Positions 13,230-25,320 of a stretch of DNA of 64,000 nt are shown here, one piece after another. The stretch covers positions 310,001-374,000 of the forward strand of contig JALDZS010000002.1 in assembly GCA_022813965.1 (NCBI GenBank), read 5' to 3'. This DNA comes from Toensbergia leucococca. Taxonomy: Eukaryota. The translations under genes and the position numbers were made by a program. Position 1 is the first letter of the stretch. Every line of letters starts with the position of its first letter. The notes below the pieces were generated by a model, which had not been told where the DNA came from, searched no databases, and saw only the letters and a list, made by a program, of their open reading frames with translations.

Positions 13230-13456
13230 GAGAAATTTCTACCCTACCCTACCCTACTAGGGTCTTGGCACTGTACAAGGCGCATAAACATCACATAAAT
13301 GTGTATAAAATAAATCACAAGTATGCACAAGTACGCTATAAGATGCATAAGTGTATAAGACCAAGGTTTATCCTAGTATCTATACTAGTTATGCAGTACT
13401 TACCTACCTAGGTATCCTTACAAAAAAACAGGGTAGGGTGTAAGGGTCATTCTCTG
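13230..13456. repeat. Imperfect inverted repeat (TACCC/GGGTA units) flanking a TpA-rich core; possible MITE relic
   Basis: ACCCTACCCT (13241-13250) vs AGGGTAGGGT (13430-13439); interior AT/TpA-rich and nearly CpG-free. Confidence 0.3.
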
Positions 13457-14264
13457 CCCTTATATCACAGTCTAACAAGATTCAATCTTAACTCTCATTC
13501 AAAACTCAATCACACTCAATCTCTTAAATCAAAATGAAAAAAACACCCCACACCATCATCTCCTCAAGAAGGAAAAAAAAAGGCAACAACAAAATGCGCC
13601 CCCCCCAAAAGCCTATTTCCTCCCCAAAAAAAAAGAGAGAAGGGAGTAACAACCGGGGCCTACTCCCTTAAAAATACCCGTGTATAACCCCCCCCAGCCC
13701 AACCCCATACATCACCACTCACGCCCTCGCAGTCGAGAAAACATGCCCCCATTTTTTTCCAAACCGAAAAGACCAAAGGATGAGACTGCTTGTGTATATC
13801 TCCATCATGCAAGAGGAGGCTTTTTAAATATTCTCGCTGGAAAAGGAATTGCTGTGTTGAATGAGGGAATCCCTTTCGCGGACATATATCTATATTGTGT
13901 GTGTGTGTCAGAGGGTCTTTGAAGCCTTGTTGCCTTCCTTGGCCCAGATTTTCTTCCATGTTTTGATCTACTTTAATGAGACAGGGAAAAGGGAACGTAG
14001 AGACCAAAGCACCCTTTACTTGAAATCATCAATCACCTCGAGTCAAGTCAAGTAAAAACAAAACTTTTCATGTAATAAATGCTATTCTTCAATCTACTAA
14101 ACTGCTCTCTGTCCATTCTACTGCCTGGCTCTCTGTTTCCATTCTCTCAGGCCACATGCACACTCCCTCTTCGATCCACTCATAGAGTGGTGGATTCCAC
14201 CTCAGCTACCCAATCAACAGAACCAACAAATCAGCTTTCACTTGTATAAATCACCGCGTTATCA

Positions 14265-16761
14265 TCAGGAAAAGGACTCACGAGATCCCTCACCAATCTC
14301 CTCCTCCCCCGCTTTTGAGGGGCATTCTCGCTGCTTCTGCTGCAACGCCAACGTACTCTTGGTGTTGTTGAGAAGCTCAACAACCCTTTGGGTATTTTGC
14401 AGAAAATCATCGAAACCTTCATTGATTCCTGCGGTGCGTACTCGACCTGGATGATTAGTGGTACGGGACTGGTGATTTTTGGGGAAGAAACCGTCAATTG
14501 TCGGGGTCCACTTCGCCGCTTCCCCAATGCTCAGAGCAGCATTCTCGCCGAGGGCCATGTCCCAGTCCAAGTTGTAAAAGGAGGCACTCCACTCAGTCGT
14601 CGCTGGAACCGGAAGTGCTTGTTTTGATGTGAACGATACCGGCGGAAATGTATCGTATCTGGCGAGCTCGAAAATGTACATTGTCTGGGCTTTCAACTGA
14701 TACCTTAAAGCAATCTTTTGCTCAAAGCGATGTAATGGCATAGATGATGCCGAGTAATGAAACACTTTGGGACCTGTGATGGCAGGGTTGACATCCTTTG
14801 GCGGCTTCTTGAAAACTATGCTACTCACAAAGTCGCTCATTTCAGGCGTTACTCGAGATCGATCGAGGGCGTTGTCTGCGGTGATTTGCAGTTTCCAAGT
14901 GATGCCCCTAACGTGGTTAGCATAAACTCTAATTTCTGTCCTGATCCACATACCCTTGTAGTCGTATCATGTACAGATTCAAAGGTGCCGGCTGCTGTGC
15001 ACCATGAACAGTTTCTTCTTCGAGTCTGGTCCATTGTGTACGAGAGATTTCATAGTCATCTTTAGTCCCGTACGTCAAGCCTACCTCTACTTCTAGTCTG
15101 ATAGAACGTTTGTCTTGATAGCGAAAATCGAATTTAGCAGTGTACACAGGAGTGACCTTTTCCAAGGTAGAAGTATGCATGTCTGGAGGATCAAACAGAT
15201 CTGTTGCTTTGCAGATTTGTGCAACGATTGTTTTGGCATCATTGCCCATTTGAAGACTGGATATGTTAGTGAAACCTCAATCGATCACCCAAGCCTCACT
15301 TACTCCTTCAAAATCTTTCCCTCCGTCGACGGCATCTTCAGGTCTTCCATAAATGTCTCTCGAGGCATGCGAGGCAATCCACCAGGGCAGCGGACCACAG
15401 TCAAGGCAAAAGTGCCAAGGTGAACACGCATTCGAATACGACCTCGATAATAACGCAGAGCTGCGATGGATCTCAGTGTAGCGTGCTGCATACACGTCTT
15501 GTTTTCGGCTGCGAGCTTCAGATTCTGATCAGGCAAGACCGCGAGCTCTTGCTCCGTAAGATTGCCCCCTGTCAACTCCGCTAACTTATAGTTGCGCCCA
15601 TCTCTCAACACTATCTCCTTCTGAATGATCTCCTGACTTGGAGGCTCAACCAAATGCATGGTGATGGATCTACTACTTCTCGCTACAAATTCTCTCACAA
15701 TTACTTCCATTCGTTTGAGAGCAGATGTGACAGAAACGATCTGGTTCGATAAGATCTTGAAGACCGAAAGTTGGCTATCGAAAATGATGTAGCACTGATA
15801 AAACATACGGACGGGATCAAGAGCCTCATAGCTTGGGCCTAGCAGGTCTGAAGGTCGGACTTCATCCATGGGCCACAAGAAAGCGCCGGTGCACTGGAAG
15901 CTCTTGCCTTCAGATGGTGTCTGCCGAAACTTCAGTCTAGCTGCCTCCTTCTGTATCTGCTTATCGAGGGCTCTCTTCTGATTTTCCGTAAGGTGTCGAA
16001 CCGATGGCATCCCTCTTGGACCTTTAAAATTACCGCTACTCAGTATATTCTCACATCGTCTGACCCATGACTTCAGTTCAGTGATTGTCGCCGAAGCTTG
16101 AGCAAATGTACCCCAGATAAGAAGATTTCGGTCGGCTGAAGATTGTGGCGGGCGAATATAAGTATCCATTCGAACACCGATTTCTTCAAGCGCTGTGTGC
16201 ATTTTTACCTGGTTTGGCTCTATATCAGAGGAGGGTTTATCCAGAGTGAAAAACGTGGTAGCACGCTCACGTTGCCGATACGAGGCTTTTGCGGCATTAT
16301 CACGCTGATACAAGAGCGTCGCCCTCGATCTCACTCCCAAAGGAGCATTGGCTTTGTTAAGAGAAAACTTGCCGCGAACTGGAGGTCCGTTGTAGCGACG
16401 AATCAATCCTGGAGTTCTACTAAAAGGCACCATCTTGAGAGGTATGATTGTGCGAGGCAATGTCGTTGTCGAAGAACCAGCTGCACTGCCGAGATGAGTG
16501 TTTGGCTTCAAAACTGGACGAGCTGGTGTGTTGTAAGATTCATGAGTGCCGGTGACAGGGTTCGGGACGGCCAAATCTTGATCGGAATCATCTGAGTCCT
16601 GGTTCGGTGGTGATTCGACGTCGTTGCTTAATTGCCATTCCTTGGCATTCTGCTTCTCATAATTCATCCTGTTGAGAGGATCGTTGGACTAACAACAGAC
16701 TTGAACCAAGTCAACAAATGCTTAGGTAGGTATTGGTGGCAAAGGCAGAAGAAACTTACAT
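14265..16761 (-). CDS. Hypothetical protein (~800 aa), multi-exon
   Basis: Long ORFs 15300..16667, 14929..15249 and 14265..14951 joined by canonical GT-AG introns; short first exon before intron 16759-16669; function not recognised. Confidence 0.8.
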
Positions 16762-17892
16762 TGGGCAATGCTAATTCTTTGTGATGCCGCTACAAAGCTA
16801 GCCTTGCCAATGGCTGGCTTGAGTGGACGAGTGTGATGGGCAGGCTCAAGAGATGAATGGAGGTACAAGCTAGACTTGATGATGGCTGGTCAAGTGCGTT
16901 GACGGGATGTTGGTGTCGAGTCAAAATGATGGGTTTGAAAAGTGTGACTTGAGAAGGCCAGTTTATGAAGGAACAAAACGAGAGTGAAGGGAGATAAGTC
17001 AGGGCTGTGAATCACGAGATGATCCACTGCTTACTGATGGTGGACGAAAGACATGTCCTTTTCAGTGACAAGGATGGAAGGTAGATGAGATGAGGAAAGT
17101 AGAGCGGGAAGGTGCGTTTCCTTCTGCTGTTCTACGTCTTTCTTCTCGCAAACAGAGCTAGCGTAACGATTCACCAGCTTCGACAACACAACTTAGTCAC
17201 TCAGGTTTACAAGATAGGAAAACATTGACATTTGATACGTGGAGTTCTTCATCTGTACTGCAGTTGGTTACATGTTTTCTATTCGAGGCATCCCTCGTTG
17301 TTTTTAGCCTCTGTGTAGAGTCAATAGTAATGAGGTCCGAGCGCCTTAGGGTAGAGAAGATGAATACGAGTACAGCAAAATCACAGTCCTTTTACTGCCT
17401 GGCGGCGAGGACTGTGACAAAGTGGTAACATGGACAATACGAACCCTTCAAGAGAGACTATTCTTAGCCACCAGAACATACATTGCTACCGTGAACCTGA
17501 TCATTGCTGTGTATATTCCAGATACTGTCAGAATTGCGTTTTCCATCCAAGCTTGACCGTCTTGTGATTTCAGCATTTGAAATGGTAGAGGTCAATATCG
17601 GTTTGTAACAATTGCTGTAGATGTTCAGAAGCTCGGACGCTTAATTGGTATGAGGAGCTTGGCGCGTAATAGGATACTCTATCAGAAGCTTGGAACCTTG
17701 TGTTACTGTGTGTTGATACTCTACAAGTACGCATACCAAGGAGCAAGAGGTTGTGCACCAGCTTGGCCAAGACTTCCTGACGCCACTCCCGCTCCTCTCA
17801 CTAGGTCTACCTTACCTTAGTGGAGTCGTTCTAGGCTCGATTTACTAGATGCAGTAGGTAGAGTAGAGTTTTATAGTGCAATCACGACATGA

Positions 17893-17905
17893 ACGCGTCT
17901 CGCGT
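17893..17905. promoter_or_regulatory. Tandem MCB-like elements upstream of ORC1
   Basis: ACGCGT-C-TCGCGT about 60 bp before the ORC1 ATG; MBF/MCB control of replication genes is established in yeasts. Confidence 0.55.
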
Positions 17906-17961
17906 GTCCTACAATAAATCGAGGAATCTATCAAGGAACCTCCCTCTCCATCACAGCTAAC

Positions 17962-20435
17962 ATGCCTCACAGAATTTCCACCACACCTCAAAAGCAGCAT
18001 GTTCCGGAAACCAAAGCCGAGCGCGCCAGACGATATCTCTCCGGCGGCGGCGTCATCCGCGAGGACTCCGACGACGAGCTCGGACTCGAAGACTACCCCT
18101 GGCAATGGCTTTACTCGCACCCCACCACCAACGGAGAAGAAATCACAGAGACACGCCCCAAGTCTCCAGAGCAAAGTCGAATCATCGGCGCTCGAATGGG
18201 CAATTTCCAATGCCTGATCGGCGATTGCGTCTTGCTCAAAGCGGAAGGGACCAACGAAGCATGGGTGGGTCTGATATGTGATTTCCAGGATGACGAAGAG
18301 GAGGAGAAGGCGGCCAATTTCATGTGGTTTTCGACCGAGAGGGAGATTCGAAACAAGCAAAAGAAAAGGACGGATGCTTTGCCTGTATGCGCTGTGTTTT
18401 TGCTCGGCTTCAATATGTATGCTTATTTTCAGGGTAGAATGAACTCTACATTACTCCATCATGGGACCTTAACCCTTTGACCTCTATCAATGGCAAAGCT
18501 ATCATTCTCTCGCCCGAATCTTTTCATTCCAGGTATCCATCTGGCAAGATCCCTCGAACGTCAAAGGACTACGGCAAGATATTCGTGTGTCGTCGAGGCT
18601 GCAACACCCGCACTGCTACATACACTGATGAGTTTGCCTGGGAGGATATCTACCATGGGCCAGATGATCTTGATGCTCTGATTGATCGTGTGAAGAGTCA
18701 GACCAAAGCCACAAGAAAAAGGCGAAGAGAAGATACCGTCTTTCAAGACGACATAATTGATGTAAGCACGGTTGCCACGCTTTTATAAACACACGGCTGA
18801 TAAATTACAGGAGCTCGACAATGACATCTCAATCCCGAAAACCCCCAGTAAAAGACGAAAACTCCATCAGGCCACAACGCCAACCTCCAAATCCTCTGCC
18901 CGTACCCCCAGAAAATTCATAACCCCTACCCACAAACGGTGCGCTCTCTCCTCCAACCATCTGTCCGTTCCAACATCACTAACACTCCCAAGCATCATCA
19001 TCAAAAAACCCCTTGAATTCACACCCCTTGGCACCCGTATCCTCTCCCCGAGCCAAACAACCTCCTCCCCCTTCCAAGTCGCCCGCACAAACCTGCACGT
19101 CTCCTCTGTTCCCACCGCCCTCCCCTGCCGCGAGCAAGAATTCGCAAACGTCTACTCGCACCTAGAAGCAGCCATCACTTCCGGCTCTGGCTCCTGCATC
19201 TACATCTCTGGCACGCCTGGCACCGGTAAGACGGCAACGGTGCGAGAGGTGGTAGCGCAGCTGAATGCGAGTGTACTTGCCGAGGAACTTGATGATTTTA
19301 TTTTTGTGGAGATCAATGGCATGAAAGTCACTGATCCGCATCAATCGTATTCGCTGCTATGGGAGGCGTTACGCGGAGACCGGGTGAGCCCATCACATGC
19401 GTTAGATTTGCTGGAGCGAGAATTCGACAATCCGAGTCCGAGGCGGGTGCCGTGCGTGGTGTTGATGGACGAGCTGGATCAGTTGGTGACGAAGAACCAG
19501 AGCGTCATGTACAACTTCTTCAACTGGCCTGGTCTGCGGCATAGCAGGCTCATTGTATTGGCTGTAGCAAACACTATGGATCTCCCTGAACGGACGCTGA
19601 GCAACAAAATCAGCAGTCGACTAGGTATATTCTGGAACATAATTGAAGTATCGCCATTTGTAACTAACGTCTCCCAGGTCTGACACGCATAACATTCCCA
19701 GGCTACACTCACGAACAGCTCATGAAGATCATCCAATCCCGCCTACAAGGTGTCCCGGGAAATATAGTTGACTCCGATGCAGTGCAATTCGCCAGCAGGA
19801 AAGTTGCAGCGGTGAGCGGCGACGCCAGACGCGCCCTAGATATGTGCAGACGAGCCGTCGAGATAGCCGAGATGGAAAGCTCTTTTTCACAGAATCCACT
19901 ACTCGCTACCCCGAGCAAGAAACGCAAGGACGACAATATGACGCCCAAAGAGGTTGACAAGCGATTGGGAAGAGTGATGATTGGTACCATTAAACAAGCT
20001 ATCAACGAGGCCACGTCCAGCCCTTTACAGCAGTGTCTCAAGAGCCTACCGCTATCCTCGAAATTGTTCCTCGCAGCACTGCTAGCACGAACACGAAGAA
20101 GCGGCCTGGCCGAGAGCATCCTAGGCGCTGTCATCGAAGAAGCCAAACGCCTTAGTCACATGGCCGACAATTCGCATTTTCACAACTTTCTCATGACCGA
20201 TGCGTGCTCAAACAATCAAGGTTCTGTCCTCATCAGACAGGCTAAAACGTTGACAGTGCCGCGAGTGCTTGGGATGGGGGCAGCAGCGGTGGAATTATTT
20301 GAAGCCGGGGTCATCGCGTTAGAGCCTAGGAAGGGTGAACGGATCGGAAAGGTGCGGCTGAATATTGGAGAGGAGGATGTGAAACTCGCGCTGAGAGATG
20401 ATGGCGAGGTGCGGGGACTGGGATTTTCAGCGTAA
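17962..20435 (+). CDS. ORC1: Origin recognition complex subunit 1 (BAH + AAA+ ATPase); multi-exon
   Basis: BAH-like N-terminus (IGDCVLLK, AWVGLI, CRRGCN); LPCREQEF, Walker A ISGTPGTGKT, Walker B VLMDELD, ANTMDLPER, SGDARRALD. Confidence 0.96.
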
Positions 20436-20614
20436 TTCTTGTATTGATATAGGTGTAGGGATAGCTAAACCTACCTTTGAAAATCCTATCCCGTTTCTCT
20501 GGAGACAATTCTGAGATTGCCTAAAGCTAACAGGGTCATGCTAAGATCTCTGCCGTATCAAAAAAGCGTTTACTCCATATCACAGAACCAGAAGCTTTAC
20601 GCTTCCTACGACTA

Positions 20615-22295
20615 TCAAAATTTCTGGCGGCCCAGTGTGGGTTTCCACTCGAGGGGATGAGTCTCTGGAGTAGCCTCATCATCCTCTTTCCAAATTTTTA
20701 CTGTAGGTCAAAAGCGATTAGTATTCGATTGCCCAATTATTTCTCACATTTCCACTTACTAGTCTTATCTGCTTCTCCACAGATCAGGCGCAAGCCTGTC
20801 CGGTCGTAAAGAGAGCTCATCAAACCAGCTTCGGCATCGAGTGAGCCAGGCTGTGCTGTGGTATCGAGAGACTGGAAGCGATGGCCTGTCTTCCAGTCCC
20901 AGAAGCTCATAGAGCCGTTGTCTCCTAAGCTAGCATTAGAGATGCCCGTAATAGAAAGGCTCCATTGAGGGTTGACTTACCCCCTGAGAAAAGGACATTG
21001 TCTTCATTGACACTTAGTGTATTGATGATTGAGTTCTGGCCGTCGAAATTCTGCATGAAGGCTCCTTCAGGACACTTCCATTGCTTGATGCTTCCAGTAC
21101 TTCCGCTGGCAAAGGTGAATTCTTTGGGATGAACAGCAAGAGCCCGGACTCCCTTTTTATGATGGGTCAAGACTCCCATGGTTTTTCCGGCTGCTAAATC
21201 CCAGAGCCTGATAGTCGAGTCCAGTGATGAGCTGATGACTTGGGGATCAGCCTCCTGACATTTGACATCAGTTACCGTCCCCTTATGACCACCTAAAACA
21301 ATGACATTTGCTCTGCTTCTCATGTCCCATACTCTTGCAACGCCATCTCGTCCTCCAGTGACTAACACATCGAGATGAGGATGGAGTGCCAAGGTATAGA
21401 CACCACTAAGATGTCCGTGGTAATGCCTGATGACCTTGTTAGTCTCCAAATCCCAGCACTTGACCATTTTATCCTCTCCACAAGAGAACAAGTACGGATG
21501 CGTTGGCGAGACAGCAAGACCCCTGACGGTTGAAATATGGCCCGTGAGAGTCAGCCTCAAAGTACCTGAAGCCAGATCCCATATCTTAATAGTCCTGTCC
21601 CCAGCACCACTTGCAAACCACTCATTACCAGGCTCGACTGTAAGACTTCGGACCCAACCAAGATGACCGGAGATCACTCGCATCAGCTTCCACGGCGCAT
21701 GCCATTCTGGTTTAGGCTGTTGCGCGGTCTGCTTGCGTACTAGGCTTGATGAAGGGAGATTCCGCTGCGGAACAGATTTGTTGTTACCTGATCCGCCACT
21801 AGCGCCAGATGCACGTAAGGCAAGTGCTGTAGACGAGCCTGGGCCACCATCACTTCCCTGCTTAGCCGGTATTCCTTCAATCATCTTGGCAGTCTGAGGA
21901 TCCGTGGCGTCATCGTCATCAGCTTGCGTCTTCGCTCGTTTTCTACGAGCGGCAGCAGAAGCAGAAGCACTGGCTTGCTTCGCCGCTAGGGCAGATGGTA
22001 GTTCTCGGATGTCTTCATATTCGCTTCTTATGCGTGAAGTGAGGCTGGCGCGATCAGCCAGCTCTGTAGGGAGTTGAAGAGATTGCTGTAGGTATGATGC
22101 CGGCGTGTAAGTTGACTCGGTAGACTGCGGCTCGGTGTACTGGGCTGCAAAGAGCTCTCTAGTCCGTTTGGCTGAGTCTCGTACCTGTGCCTGATAGAAT
22201 CGCGGTGAGCGAGGATATGTCAGGCAGTGCACCACTACGGAAGATCTTACCTCACTAGATAAATTTGCCAAAATGCTTGAAGATATATCTGCCAT
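20615..22295 (-). CDS. PRP46: Pre-mRNA splicing factor Prp46/PLRG1 (WD40)
   Basis: [59 protein letters not shown]-terminal exons end LGRQKF*. Confidence 0.96.
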
Positions 22296-23354
22296 TGCTG
22301 AATGTGCTCAAATACTCCGTACCTTGTTTGCGGTACTGTTGTTGGGTATGGAGCGTATGCGGGTGAGCCAGTATTGAGCCACGACGGCTTGAAAATGTGC
22401 GGTGAAAATAAGATACATAGCGGCCGAGTATTACAGCTTTCAGGGGTCTGATCGTGTAATTATAGACTACAAGACGTATGGTAAACGCTTCTTTGAGCAG
22501 CCGACTTGCAGGAATTTACCTCGGACGGCGTTACAGATTAGTGAATGCCCTACATTGTCTTTTTCCTACGTTGAAGTACCGTAGAATAAGGATGAATGAC
22601 AGAGGAATCCCTTGCAAGTAAAGCCAATTTTTATTATACAGGGCTCGCGAAAGCTATCGATCTGAATGCTTCAGAGGCTGAAGGGCTTGGAGATACCTTA
22701 ACGTTGTCCTTGTGAGCTATTCTACAGCTACTGTCCAATTTTCACATGGCACAGCCCAGTTCAGTCGGGGCTTATGTTCCAGGAGACCTGTTCCGGTCGT
22801 GCATCTCTAGAGTAGCATGGACAGAGAATATAGAGCCTTTCGGTAGGTTGATCGATTAGGTCTCGTGTCCTCGTCGTCCGATTGAGCCTTCCCCCAGCTA
22901 ACCATAGTCCACGGAGTATGAAATACTACCAGAGAGTCGCTATATGTCACTTGAGCATCCTTTATCTTTCATCATTTGTCAATGGAGAATACTCTCCGGA
23001 TCATGAGGCCAGCCATTGCTCCAGTGCATTTCATGATTTGATCAATGACAAAAATCGTCGATTTTGAGCTTTCTCATGGCTATTGAAGCAGAAAATGATT
23101 CACAAGGCCAGCAGGAGTCACTAAACGGCCAGGAGTCATAGCCATCAACAGCTGATTTCACCTTCCTCAAATATAAATAGGCTTCCCATGGTCAAGATTT
23201 TCCTCTTCATCCTTCTCATCAAGATCTTTATCAGCCTCCCAGATCTATCTCTATATCCATCAACACACATCTCTCATCACCACCTTGTTCTACGATCTTC
23301 ACAACCCTCTTCGAACCCTCGCAACCATCGTCATCAAAGTTTCTCTCTAGCAAA

Positions 23355-23663
23355 ATGCCAGTACGACTTGAAGCCGACCTTGATTATGAGCTGTGGGAAG
23401 AGAGTTTGGGTAGGGAGCCCACACGCGAGGAAATTGCCCTGCGCAACGAAACAATAGAGAATAACATCGCAGCCTTCCTGGCTAGCAGGACCGGTGAGAA
23501 CGTGAAATTCATTTGCAAACAATCCTTGCTGTCCATGTAAACCATCTGGTTGACGAAAAAAGAGATTGACGAACACGAGAGATCTGGGTACTGGGGCTGG
23601 CGTGATGAGGATGAATTCGACGGGGAACATACTGATGCATATGCGATCTGGGTATTCGATTGA
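23355..23663 (+). CDS. Putative small acidic orphan protein (~80 aa, one predicted intron 23494-23562)
   Basis: TATAAA near 23172, CT-rich leader, aaaATG context; a GTGAGA..TTGAC..AAG intron would remove the in-frame stop. Confidence 0.35.
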
Positions 23664-24062
23664 GAGCGTAGTGTGGAATGAGGAGTGGAGCTCTTATGAT
23701 ACTTTTAAGATTTACTGGGGATGAATGAGACCGTATGCGTGCTTTAGACGAGTCTTCACAGACGGGGCGATGTTGTGATGATGGCCTTGTAGGCGTGCTT
23801 TGGGAGGTCCTGGCCCACAGGATTGCTTCTTTGGACATTATTTAGTCTATATACAAATCAAGATAAGAGTATCAAATAATGGGCTGTCAATAGGTCGTTC
23901 ATACTAGGTGTGTTAGACAAAGAGTGACACAGTATTAATACACAACATACTTCTCAGGACAATAGTATACCGCACTAGTGATACATGCTCACATCCCCCG
24001 TGCCCTAAAGCCGCTCTACACTAACACAAGACCATCTAAACCAAAAAAAACACCACGCAAGC

Positions 24063-25186
24063 ATGAACTCTGACCAGCAATCAAAGTTTGCTATCCACGA
24101 AGCAGCTCGAGAAGGCAGAAGTGAAAACCCTTTCTCCTCTAAACTCCTCAAACTGCAGAAATCGCTGACCCTCCTCCAGCTGCGGCGGTGGAATCCTTGA
24201 TAAACGTATATAAAATCAAAAGAACGTATATGCAACGAGACTAAACTATCTCTAGGCCAACCCAGCGCTCGCAACCAAGCGAGACGACGACGAGCGCCTC
24301 CCGATCCACTGGGCAGTCTCATACAATCACCTCCCTATAGTCGAGATTCTAGTCTCAAGGAAGGATTTTGACCCAGATGTACAGGTAGGCGCCCCCACCG
24401 TCGTGCTACTATCCAAAAATGTGGCCGCAGCTCAATCTGTTATCCAGGACGGATCGGGATGGACGCCGTTGATGATAGCTTCGAGCTTGCGGGAGGGGGA
24501 CGAAGTGGTTGACCTCCTACTGGGCAAAGAAGCAGATGTCAACGGCAAAAGTGTGTTTCTCACTAGCGTTCAAATTTTCAAGGAAGTAAATAAAATTTAC
24601 TAAAAAAGGGGGTTTTCCCATAGATTATAGCGGTCAGGTCAGTCTAACAATGTTTCCTTCTTCTCGAAAAACCCTCTAAAGCGTCTCGCAGACAGCATTA
24701 CATTTCTGCGCCTCCAAAAACAACCTCGAAACAGCCCGGAAGCTCATCTCACATAAAGCTTCCGCTCGCGTCAAGGATAAAAGGGGCCAGCTAGCTCTCC
24801 ATAGAGCTGCGGCGATAGGATCGGTCCCGATGGTGCATTTACTACTAGACAACAAGAGCCCGCTGAATGCTACTGATATCTCTGGGTACACGGCTCTCCA
24901 CCATGGCAAGCTTCCCCTTAAACTCGAGTCTTTGAAGTATGACACTCATGAAACCGATGTAGCTATATCGGAGGGTCATGGCGACACTGCTCTGACGCTT
25001 CTGAAAGCTGGCGCTGAAACAGATAAGAAGGACGTAGACGGTCATTTCGCTATAGATTTGTGCCCAGACACAAAGGTATCAACTGCTTCATAGGCTATGG
25101 ATCTACCATCTATCGGCTGACATCCCATGCAGTTACGGAAATTTATAATTCAAAGTGCTGAGCGCGAAGGTATCGATGTGCAATGA
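24063..25186 (+). CDS. NAS6: Ankyrin-repeat proteasome assembly chaperone Nas6/gankyrin; multi-exon
   Basis: FAIHEAAREGR, DDDERLPIHWAVS, DGSGWTPLMIASS, TALHFCASK, RGQLALHRAAAIGS, GYTALHHAISEGH. Confidence 0.9.
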
Positions 25187-25320
25187 GCGCCCTGATTCCA
25201 ATCTACCCCGTGACAAAGCTCCAATCGCTGAATCGCTGAATCGCTATGACGGCCATGCTGAGTAACGTGGTGATAACGATATAATACATGAAATGCTGGG
25301 AAGTAATCTGAGAAAGGATA

